Of a stretch of 24,000 bases of DNA, positions 9,935 through 17,619 are shown in pieces. Under the pieces are notes generated by a model. The model made no database searches. It had not been told where the DNA came from and was given only the letters and a program-made list of their open reading frames with translations. A program made the translations under genes and the position numbers. The stretch covers positions 19,190-43,189 of the forward strand of contig CAZYLT010000004.1 of the NCBI GenBank assembly GCA_964648855.1, in the 5' to 3' direction. Numbering within the stretch: position 1 is the stretch's first letter; each line of letters starts with the position of its first letter. The DNA comes from an uncultured archaeon (lineage in GTDB: Archaea > Asgardarchaeota > Thorarchaeia > Thorarchaeales > Thorarchaeaceae).

Positions 9935-10020
9935 TATTTCTTAATCACAGTATGAAATCAAGGTAGATGGATTGCCTACTATGGGTAAGATTGACTGTTT
10001 AGATGCAGCGATATTGTCTG

Positions 10021-11058
10021 CTAGCCTTCGTACATCTCTCTCATCTTTGCTTTAGTAGGATTCTCGACTACTCCCTTCTCAGTGATGATTGCGGTGATGA
10101 GTTCGGGTGGCGTTATGTCGAATGCTGGGTTGTAGACCTTAGCATCGGGAGGAGTCACATACTCTCCATTAATGATGCGTATCTCGTCTGGATCCCGTTC
10201 TTCAATGTCAACACTTTCCGGTCCGTTGTCAATATCCACTGTACTCGTAGGAGCAACAACATAGAAGGGAATATTGTGATGTTTCGCTGTGATGGCCATG
10301 GTGTAAGTTCCTATCTTATTAGTGACGTGTCCAGTTCCCAGAATTCTGTCACTTCCAACTACACAGCAGTCAACCATTCCCTGTTTGAAGACGGTTCCAA
10401 TCATGCCATCAGTGATTAATGTAGTGTCTATATTATCCTCCATAAATTCGTAAACCGTCAATCTGGCTCCTTGTTGACGGGGACGAGTTTCTGCAGCAAA
10501 TACACTGATATTTCCACCATGTTCTTCATGGGCTACTCTGACCACTGCACCTACTGTGCCAAGATGGACTGTCGCCAGAGAACCGGCATTACAGATTGTC
10601 TGGATTGTGGCGCCGGATTCAATGAAGGGCAAAGCGTTTTCGCCAATAGCCCTGCACATTCGTACATCTTCTTCAGCAATTTCCTTTGCTTCCTCAATAA
10701 GTCGATCAATAATAGATTCAACATCACCCTCGGTTGCCTTTGCAACTTGCAGCATTCGATTAGTCGCCCATGTCAAGTTCACAGCAGTGGGACGAGTGTT
10801 TAGGGTTTCAGCAGCAGTTTCCAAGTCTGAAATTAGCTGTTTCTTGGTTTCTGCGTTACTTTGCAAAGCAGCCAGTGCCATTCCCATTGCTGCAGCCGCA
10901 CCTATGGCGGGAGCACCTCGGATTTCCATGACTTTGATAGATTCCGCTATGCGCTCATGGCTTCCAGTCACGATGAAAGCCTTGGTCAGTGGCAACTTTG
11001 TTTGGTCCACTAGTCGCACCTGGTTTTTTTCGTCTAACCATTCTATTGTCCGGTACAT
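10021..11058 (-). CDS. mtnA: MtnA-like S-methyl-5-thioribose-1-phosphate isomerase (eIF2B-related family)
   Basis: IRGAPAIGAAAAMG, TICNAGSLATVHLGT, DSNM-equivalent LITDGMIG, VVGSDRI motifs. Confidence 0.85.
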   Translation of the reverse strand: MYRTIEWLDEKNQVRLVDQTKLPLTKAFIVTGSHERIAESIKVMEIRGAPAIGAAAAMGMALAALQSNAETKKQLISDLETAAETLNTRPTAVNLTWATNRMLQVAKATEGDVESIIDRLIEEAKEIAEEDVRMCRAIGENALPFIESGATIQTICNAGSLATVHLGTVGAVVRVAHEEHGGNISVFAAETRPRQQGARLTVYEFMEDNIDTTLITDGMIGTVFKQGMVDCCVVGSDRILGTGHVTNKIGTYTMAITAKHHNIPFYVVAPTSTVDIDNGPESVDIEERDPDEIRIINGEYVTPPDAKVYNPAFDITPPELITAIITEKGVVENPTKAKMREMYEG

Positions 11059-11071
11059 CTTACTTACCTCT

Positions 11072-11560
11072 CTAGTATGTTTTCAAGATAGAGTCAATCA
11101 TGCTAATAAGCTTCTTACCGATGACTTCCAATTCTGGAGTCATCCCCTCACCAAATTGGATATTTTGAGGTTGAATTCCTATCAAAATTGTGTCTGCATC
11201 GGTTTGTTGTTCAAGGTATTCCATCAACAGTGAGAGAGGCATGCTATGCGTGCTGATAGCAATGCCTCCAATTCGATCCTTTGTGACTAGCTCGATATGT
11301 CCCACAGGTTTTTGCATATCTGCAGCGTCGATAAGAATGACGCGATCAGCCCCAAATTCGGAGATTTTTCTTGTAAATGCCTCGGGTACAGATCCAACGT
11401 CTTTAATCAATACTTTATCATTGTTGGTCTGCAGATTGTCAACTACAAAAGGTCCAATTCCGTCGTCTGTTCTTAGGTCGTTTCCTATACCTAGGATTGC
11501 TACTCTTTTGCTATTGGACAGGAATTGCATGAGCTGTTCGGTCAATGCTGGATCAATCAC
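11072..11560 (-). CDS. Hydrogenase maturation protease (HyaD/HycI-like)
   Basis: VAILGIGNDLRTDDGIGPFVV and DAADM..GHIELV..ISTHSMPL..LM pattern of the family. Confidence 0.85.
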   Translation of the reverse strand: MIDPALTEQLMQFLSNSKRVAILGIGNDLRTDDGIGPFVVDNLQTNNDKVLIKDVGSVPEAFTRKISEFGADRVILIDAADMQKPVGHIELVTKDRIGGIAISTHSMPLSLLMEYLEQQTDADTILIGIQPQNIQFGEGMTPELEVIGKKLISMIDSILKTY

Positions 11561-11701
11561 ATGGAGGGGGTATCTTGTTTATGCTATAGTTCTTATCATC
11601 TGTCATGTCGAAGAGTTTTTCACACTAGTTATGCCGCCCACATATGAGTGTCAAAATTGTCTGAGAAGTATAACTCCGAGGAATCGGAGGAGGAGTCAAA
11701 T

Positions 11702-12283
11702 ATGGAGCTGAATCAAGAGGAATCGGAGGAGGAGGAGGAGGAACCTTCTAAGGCAATCTTCGGCAAGACAAAAGCAATTGTTGACAAAAAAGATGCTGAT
11801 AGAATTTCACAGCAAGGATTCTATGGAGAGAGGTTACCAAGTGGAGAACTAGAGCTATCTTCTATTGAAACACTTCATCTGATTGAACGAAGTCGGATTG
11901 TAGTTGAGGACCGTGCTGGGAATATCATGGACGCAGAAGACATTGTGAGTAAAGTTTCCCAAAGGGAAAAAACTCTCTGGAGTAAGTATCTTGTATTTCG
12001 TGACCTTAGAAGTCGCGGTTATGCTGTTAGATCAGGATTCGGTTCAGGTATTGGGTTTAGAGTATATGAGAGAGGTGACAAGCCAGGAAACTCCGTTGCA
12101 AATCAGTTGGTATACGTCTTGAAGGAGGCCGACCCCATATCGCTGAACGAGCTAGATTTGGTAACGGAAACAGCTGCTACGTCAAGAAAAGAACTTGTTT
12201 TTGCGCTGGTTGATCAAAATGGGGAGGTCAACTATTACACTGTAGCAAGAACTGAATTGCAGACAATAGGAGATGGTGAATAA
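11702..12283 (+). CDS. tRNA-splicing endonuclease (EndA)-like protein; track ORF begins at GTG 11648, ATG 11702 is preceded by GGAGGAGG
   Basis: KYLVFRDLRSRGYAVRSGFGSGIGFRVYERGDKPG and TSRKELVFALVDQNGEVNYYTV match the C-terminal catalytic fold of archaeal EndA; expected His is Val (see findings). Confidence 0.88.
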   Translation: MELNQEESEEEEEEPSKAIFGKTKAIVDKKDADRISQQGFYGERLPSGELELSSIETLHLIERSRIVVEDRAGNIMDAEDIVSKVSQREKTLWSKYLVFRDLRSRGYAVRSGFGSGIGFRVYERGDKPGNSVANQLVYVLKEADPISLNELDLVTETAATSRKELVFALVDQNGEVNYYTVARTELQTIGDGE

Positions 12284-13560
12284 TGAGGAAAGATTGGATT
12301 GATGATGATAATTATGAGGAAGAGATAGTCACTCTGAACGCGTTCTTTGATGACCATACGATGAGTGTACATCTTGTAGAAAACAATCCGCCTCGTGCAA
12401 AACGGGGTTCGCCAGGAGATTGGAGTCTAGTAAAACTCTCTGATAGACTTCTTACACATGAAGAGTTGGACACGCTTGCCAAGGCAATAATGGAAACTGC
12501 AACGTATGACAGAGAGTCATTCATCGAAATTGAAGAAGATGGTGCGGCAGTTGTGCAGCTGAGAAACTTGCGAATAGCAATTGCAATGCCACCCTTTGCT
12601 GACAAATATGAGATATCCGCTATACGACCTATTATTAAACTCTCTATGGATGACTACCATCTTAGTTCTAAACTTATGAAACGACTTGAAACACGAGCCG
12701 AAGGAATACTCGTAACAGGGTCACCCGGCTCGGGAAAGAGTACCTTTTCTGCGGCATTAGCCGAATTCTATAGTTCCAAAGATAATATTGTAAAAACACT
12801 GGAACAACCGAGAGACTTGCAAGTGGATGATGAAATAGTACAGTATTCACCACTTGATGGAAGTATGGAGAAGGCAGCTGATATCTTGCTACTAGTTCGT
12901 CCTGATTATGTAATATATGACGAGCTGAGAAAAGATGCAGATTTTCAAGCGTATTCTGATTTGAGATCCGCAGGCGTTGGCATGGTCGGCGTGGTTCATG
13001 CAGGCTCCCCAATAGATGCGATTCAGAGATTAATGTTGGGAGGTCGTGTTGAACTCGGTCAACTGCCCAGTACAGTAGACACTGTTATTCATATCGAAGC
13101 TGGGTTGGTTGCCAAGGTAGTTTCGCTTTCGCTTAAGGTAAAATTGCCAACGGGTATGAGCAGTTCGAAGAGAGACCTAGCTAGACCGGTTATTGAGGTA
13201 AGAGATTTTGAGCAGGGATGGCTAGAATATGAGATCTTTACATTTGGTGGCGAGAAGGTAGTTGTACCCGTCAAAGGCGGTAGTCCAAGAACTGATAAAC
13301 AGGATAGATCGAGATACAGGGGGGTTCCTGGACAGACTGTGCCGGTTTCTGTCAGTTACTCCAAGAAGAAAGTGAAAGTGTATGCTGGCAGAAAGTACTC
13401 CAAACAACGGTTGGAGATTTATGCAGATGATATCTATCTCTTCACCACTGTAATCGGCAAAAATGGTGAGAGCTCGATTCGCATTAAGACTAGGCAGGGT
13501 AGCATGTTAGTTGATGCTATGGAAGAGGGTGCTGAAATCTCCGCAAGGGTAGCACAATAG
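12283..13560 (+). CDS. PilT-type ATPase with C-terminal KH-like domain, lacking an N-terminal PIN domain
   Basis: Walker A GILVTGSPGSGKST, VRPDYVIYDELRKDADF, GVVHAGSPIDAIQRL, C-terminal KH-like IYLFTTVIGKNGESSIRIKTRQG; ATG overlaps the endA-like stop (TAATG). Confidence 0.85.
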   Translation: MRKDWIDDDNYEEEIVTLNAFFDDHTMSVHLVENNPPRAKRGSPGDWSLVKLSDRLLTHEELDTLAKAIMETATYDRESFIEIEEDGAAVVQLRNLRIAIAMPPFADKYEISAIRPIIKLSMDDYHLSSKLMKRLETRAEGILVTGSPGSGKSTFSAALAEFYSSKDNIVKTLEQPRDLQVDDEIVQYSPLDGSMEKAADILLLVRPDYVIYDELRKDADFQAYSDLRSAGVGMVGVVHAGSPIDAIQRLMLGGRVELGQLPSTVDTVIHIEAGLVAKVVSLSLKVKLPTGMSSSKRDLARPVIEVRDFEQGWLEYEIFTFGGEKVVVPVKGGSPRTDKQDRSRYRGVPGQTVPVSVSYSKKKVKVYAGRKYSKQRLEIYADDIYLFTTVIGKNGESSIRIKTRQGSMLVDAMEEGAEISARVAQ

Positions 13561-13609
13561 GCGGGAGCGCAAAACGTTTAACACCAACTTGGAATCTCGA
13601 CGCATCGAA

Positions 13610-13717
13610 GGGCCCGTGGCCTAGCCGGGAATCTTAGGGTTTGTTTCCTATGTCGGTCCATAGGGCACTTGCCTCCTAAGCAAGTTTTCGCCGGTTCGAA
13701 TCCGGCCGGGCCCGCCA
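13610..13717 (+). tRNA. tRNA-Arg(CCU) interrupted by a 30-nt D-loop intron (13630-13659, between positions 20 and 20a); CCA encoded
   Basis: Acceptor GGGCCCG 13610-13616 / CGGGCCC 13707-13713; anticodon stem CTTGC/GCAAG with loop CTCCTAA; T-arm GCCGG TTCGAAT CCGGC. BHB: GCCG(13624-13627)/CGGT(13654-13657), bulges GGA and CCA, outer helix CCTA(13620-13623)/TAGG(13661-13664). Spliced D-loop AGCCGGGATA is canonical. Confidence 0.9.
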
Positions 13718-13730
13718 TCCATAGTCTGAG

Positions 13731-14411
13731 TTATTCCAAAATGTATGAGTGTGTTTCAGTACCCACATGAACCTGGGTCGTCATTCCTACGAACAAACCA
13801 GTTTCAATTATTCCAGGAATCAGCTTTAATTGTATCGCAATTTTCCCGGGGTCCTCTATCGGTTTGGGAAACTTCAAATCGAGAATAAAGTTTCCATTAT
13901 CGGTTATGACAGGCCCTATTTTTCTTTTTGCTTCTCTTATACTAACTTCAATATCCATTGCTTCGATTTTTCGTCTGACTACTCCCAGAGAGAAGGGAAG
14001 CACTTCTATGGGAATTGGCGATTTGGTTGACAAGTTATCTACCAGTTTTGATTCGTCCACGACAATATGGAGTTCATCCGATGCCGATGCAACAATTTTC
14101 TCTTGAAAGAGTGCTCCCCCTCCACCCTTTGTCAGATTTAGGTTCTTATCTACCTCATCAGCACCATCGATTGTAGTGGAAAGAAGGGGATTCAAATCTA
14201 GATTTGTAAGTGGAATCGAGTATTTAATCGCGAGCTGGTATGCTTGATAGGAACTAGGAACAACCTTCACATTGAGTTGCGCTTCCCGGATTTTCTTCCC
14301 GAGCTCTTTCGCGAATATTGCGACTGTAGAGCCACTACCCAAACCAATAGCTCCACCATCTGGAACCACATTTAATGCACTCATTGCAGCTTCCTGTTTT
14401 GCGTTCGGCAT
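13731..14411 (-). CDS. rpiA: Ribose-5-phosphate isomerase A
   Basis: 226 aa; GLGSGSTV, STTIDGADEVD, LTKGGGGALFQEKIVA motifs. Confidence 0.95.
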   Translation of the reverse strand: MPNAKQEAAMSALNVVPDGGAIGLGSGSTVAIFAKELGKKIREAQLNVKVVPSSYQAYQLAIKYSIPLTNLDLNPLLSTTIDGADEVDKNLNLTKGGGGALFQEKIVASASDELHIVVDESKLVDNLSTKSPIPIEVLPFSLGVVRRKIEAMDIEVSIREAKRKIGPVITDNGNFILDLKFPKPIEDPGKIAIQLKLIPGIIETGLFVGMTTQVHVGTETHSYILE

Positions 14412-14483
14412 GATTCTTTCTCCCTAAATGATTGCTCAAAGCTTGCCGTGTTCAAGAATTCAACTTAATGAGTGGAATAAAAA

Positions 14484-14690
14484 CTAATGCATGGACTCCA
14501 AGGATATTTCCTTGATTTGTAATCTAGACCTGTAATATACCGCCCAGCCCCCGTGTGAGGTTCTTGACAAAATCACATGATTCCTTTTCTTCAAGTTTCT
14601 TGCAAGTCGAACCGCTTCAGTGCCATGCTCAAATACTTTAGCGAGATGATAGACATTGTCGCCTATTGTTCGACGTTGAGTTGGCTCCAT
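14484..14690 (-). CDS. Small conserved-looking hypothetical protein (68 aa)
   Basis: Compact ORF in a gap between genes, aligned with neighbouring strand; GGWAVYYR C-terminal motif looks protein-like. Confidence 0.45.
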   Translation of the reverse strand: MEPTQRRTIGDNVYHLAKVFEHGTEAVRLARNLKKRNHVILSRTSHGGWAVYYRSRLQIKEISLESMH

Positions 14691-14791
14691 ACAATACTCT
14701 GGTCTTGTAATCGCTAATAACTGCCACTTGAAAGATTCTGTGGATATTGTGTCCTTATATCAGGAAAAATGTCTGTCCTGTTGTTTTTTGT

Positions 14792-15799
14792 TCAATCGCC
14801 ACTCATAAGGGCCTTGAGACGTTCCATTTCCGCAAGCATCTCAGATTGTAGTGAGCTCTTACTTCCACTGGTAGAAGACTTGGTAACAGTATCTGCGGCA
14901 GCAGACATTTCAGCTGGTGTAGCATCAGCACCCGGTGGGCCAGCACTTGGGGCACTACCCGGTGGGCCTCCACTAGGGGTGGTACTTCCTGGAGGGCCTG
15001 CACTAGTTGCACTGCCGCCTGGGGGGCCTGCACTTGGAGTAGCACTGCCACTTGGGGGGCCGCCACTTGGAGGTCCACCGCTTGGGGGGCCGCCGCCCGG
15101 CGGGCCACCGGTTGGGGAACCAGCACTTGCGGCACTATCGCTTGGGGGGGTGTCTAATGGAGGTCCAGCTTCCGGTGGTTCTGTTGGCGCAGTAGGTTCA
15201 ACTGCTGAAGTTGGAGGCCCAACACTAGGTGGACCGGCCTCTTCCGTATCTGATTCCACAGCAGTTCCAGACATTGCTGCCAATTTCTGCAAGTAGTCAG
15301 ATCGTGCTTTGTCAATAGCTGTATCGGCATCAACAATGTCCTTTAGATCCTGGTCTTTGGCAATCGCTGATTGTACAGCTGCAAGCCTATTATTGTAGAC
15401 AGTGGCTATTTTCTCTGCAATCTCAGGATCAAGGTCACCTTGATTTGAATAATAATCGGCTGCAGATAGAGCCTGCTTGATTGCGTTCTCTTCTATTTTT
15501 AGGAAAACAAGAGCGTCGGAAGGACTTGCGATAAATCCTAGTTTCTTTGTCCCGGATATGCCACTGGAAACGTCTCCAGTGGATGCAATGATTCTTTGTA
15601 TGCCTTGTGCCACATCGTCTCTTGTTGCACCACGTCTCCGTACAACCAGTACCAGTATGATGACCATGAGGGGTGCAATTGTTATGATGTAGAACCATGC
15701 AAGGGGGCCAAAAGGAATTCCAAGTGGTTGGAAAATGTCAGCTAGATTCTGAAATAATTCAAAGATGAATCTCGTAAATTGGTTGTAAGGGGTTTGCAA
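14792..15799 (-). CDS. Membrane-anchored protein with N-terminal TM segment, globular/helical middle and Gly/Pro/Ser-rich low-complexity region
   Basis: 335 aa; LAWFYIITIAPLMVIILVLVVRRR TM plus positive stop; GGPPGGGPPSGGPPSGGPPSG repeats; C-terminal coiled-like tail. Confidence 0.8.
   Translation of the reverse strand: MQTPYNQFTRFIFELFQNLADIFQPLGIPFGPLAWFYIITIAPLMVIILVLVVRRRGATRDDVAQGIQRIIASTGDVSSGISGTKKLGFIASPSDALVFLKIEENAIKQALSAADYYSNQGDLDPEIAEKIATVYNNRLAAVQSAIAKDQDLKDIVDADTAIDKARSDYLQKLAAMSGTAVESDTEEAGPPSVGPPTSAVEPTAPTEPPEAGPPLDTPPSDSAASAGSPTGGPPGGGPPSGGPPSGGPPSGSATPSAGPPGGSATSAGPPGSTTPSGGPPGSAPSAGPPGADATPAEMSAAADTVTKSSTSGSKSSLQSEMLAEMERLKALMSGD
14935..15190. repeat. GC-rich low-complexity imperfect tandem repeats (GGGCCGCCACTTGGAGGTCC-type) encoding the GGPPSGG tract
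   Basis: Direct reading: many repeated GGGGGGCC/GGAGGTCC/CCACTTGG blocks. Confidence 0.8.
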
Positions 15800-16118
15800 T
15801 TGGCATCACCTACTAGTACATATCCACAGAAGATGGAATCCTATGTACACTATTTTAGATTTCTTATAGGCATTGAGGGTTTGTATGACCCTGATGTCAC
15901 ACTCATCGAACTCAATGACACTTGTTTCTGTTACTTAGTGAAGCTTAGGGCTTCATAAACATGTGCCTAATATACTACTATTATTCTCATAGAATCAGCA
16001 TATTTGCCCGAAATATTCCTTTTTGTCATCAATATTTTAAACTCGAAAGGTCAATTTGCGGTAATGGTCTTCGGCAGTACGAAAACTCTATAACAAATAC
16101 CATGGGGAGAGCAATTGT

Positions 16119-16214
16119 GCCCCAGTAGCAAAGCGGCCTACTGCTTATGCAGGTCGAAACTGCGCCTGACTTGTAATCAGGAGATCGCGAGTTCAACTCT
16201 CGCCTGGGGCTCCA
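16119..16214 (+). tRNA. tRNA-Thr(UGU) interrupted by a 19-nt D-loop intron (16140-16158, immediately before A21); CCA encoded
   Basis: Acceptor GCCCCAG 16119-16125 / CTGGGGC 16204-16210; anticodon stem CCTGA/TCAGG with loop CTTGTAA; T-arm GCGAG TTCAACT CTCGC. BHB: CGGC(16134-16137)/GTCG(16153-16156), bulges CTA and AAA, intron helix CTGC/GCAG with TTAT loop. Splicing restores A14,G15,C16,G18,G19,A21. Confidence 0.92.
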
Positions 16215-16247
16215 TCTACTTTGTTTTGTGGATTACTCATCGGAGTG

Positions 16248-16267
16248 CTGTAATACTACTATTACAG
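16248..16267. promoter_or_regulatory. Perfect inverted repeat CTGTAATA-CTAC-TATTACAG between tRNA-Thr and pan
   Basis: 8-nt arms, 4-nt spacer, read directly. Confidence 0.45.
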
Positions 16268-16371
16268 AAGGAGAGTAGAAAGTGGGATATGCATATGGTT
16301 GAGGCTCTGATGCAAAAGGGGATGAACGTTAAGGATATCCTTAAATCGATACTGTAGAAAGTGAGGTCGAG

Positions 16372-17583
16372 GTGCATCGATTGCCTGGTAGTACTGACGC
16401 AAAAGAAGATGGTGGCGTCGAGGACTCTTCATATTCACAGAGCTATGCTCGACATTTGGAGAGACGTCTCAGAGCACTGGAAACGGAAAAACAAATTCTC
16501 CATGCTGAATGCAGTAGGCTTGAGAAGGAAACCCAGACTCTTAGGACGGAATTGGAGAAGTTAAGGCAATCGCCATTGATTACGGCTACAATTGTTGAAA
16601 TGCTTGAAGACGGTCGAGCAATTGTGAAGAGCTCAACTGGACCCAATTTTGTTGTCCATGTTTCATCTTCTATATCGAGTGACAAACTACAATCTGGAAT
16701 GCGTGTTGCACTCAATCAAAGATCTTTTGCAGTAACACAAGAACTCCCTCCATCTAGAGACCCACTCATTCGTGCAATGGAGATTGAGGAAAAGCCTCAG
16801 GTTTCATATGCAGACATAGGTGGATTAGAGGAACAACTTACAGAGATACAAGAAACTGTTGAGTATCCTCTACTAAAACCGGAGTTGTTTGAACAAATCG
16901 GAATTGAACCTCCTAGAGGGGTTCTACTTACAGGCCCACCCGGAACAGGTAAGACCTTGAGCGCCAGAGCGGTTGCACATCAAACAAACGCGACATTCAT
17001 TCGTGTTATTGGATCAGAGCTTGTTCAGAAGTTCATTGGAGAGGGTGCTCGTTTGGTACGGGAGATATTCATGCTGGCCAAAGAGAAATCACCAGCAATA
17101 GTCTTCATTGATGAGCTTGATGCTGTAGGTTCGCAAAGGTTGGATATTGCAACATCTGGAGACCGAGAAGTTCAGAGAACCTTAATGCAGCTTTTGAGCG
17201 AGTTAGATGGTTTCGAAAGCCGAGGACAGGTAGCAATTTTGGGTGCTACAAACAGACCGGATATTTTAGATCCGGCCTTACTCCGCCCCGGACGATTTGA
17301 CAGAATCATAGACTTTCCAAAGCCTGACGAAAAAGGTAGAAAAGAAATATTCAAGATTCATACGAGGCCATTATCTGTAGATTCTGATGTTGATTACAAT
17401 CAGCTTGTTTCTGCAACTCGTGGAACTACCGGAGCTGACTTGAAAGCAATTGTCACTGAGGCAGGAATGTTTGCAATTCGAGCTGAACGAGGATACGTGA
17501 CTCAGACTGATTTTAGGATGGCAATAGAGAAAGTTAGAAATCGAGGAAGAGCTAACGAAATTAAGTCCAACATGTACGGCTAA
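16372..17583 (+). CDS. pan: Proteasome-activating nucleotidase (AAA+ ATPase), GTG start
   Basis: N-terminal coiled coil, OB-like region, Walker A GPPGTGKT, Walker [35 protein letters not shown]-terminal HbYX-like MYG. Confidence 0.93.
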   Translation: MHRLPGSTDAKEDGGVEDSSYSQSYARHLERRLRALETEKQILHAECSRLEKETQTLRTELEKLRQSPLITATIVEMLEDGRAIVKSSTGPNFVVHVSSSISSDKLQSGMRVALNQRSFAVTQELPPSRDPLIRAMEIEEKPQVSYADIGGLEEQLTEIQETVEYPLLKPELFEQIGIEPPRGVLLTGPPGTGKTLSARAVAHQTNATFIRVIGSELVQKFIGEGARLVREIFMLAKEKSPAIVFIDELDAVGSQRLDIATSGDREVQRTLMQLLSELDGFESRGQVAILGATNRPDILDPALLRPGRFDRIIDFPKPDEKGRKEIFKIHTRPLSVDSDVDYNQLVSATRGTTGADLKAIVTEAGMFAIRAERGYVTQTDFRMAIEKVRNRGRANEIKSNMYG

Positions 17584-17619
17584 AATCCGTAATCATTTTA
17601 CCTGCATGAAGTTGACACC

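Noticed and set aside
10556-11233. 225-aa plus-strand ORF opposite mtnA and the hydrogenase maturation protease gene
   Set aside because: Fully antisense to two clear genes and without recognisable motifs.
14935-15190. CRISPR-like or mobile-element-related repeat array
   Set aside because: Repeats are short, imperfect, contiguous and in frame inside a coding sequence; no spacers.
14769-15296. Plus-strand Leu/Gly/Pro-rich ORFs (14769..15296 and 14803..15135)
   Set aside because: Shadow ORFs antisense to the low-complexity region of the minus-strand membrane protein; composition mirrors the repeats.
16115-16357. 82-aa ORF starting upstream of tRNA-Thr
   Set aside because: It runs through the tRNA gene; only the last 22 codons (from ATG 16289) are considered in findings.
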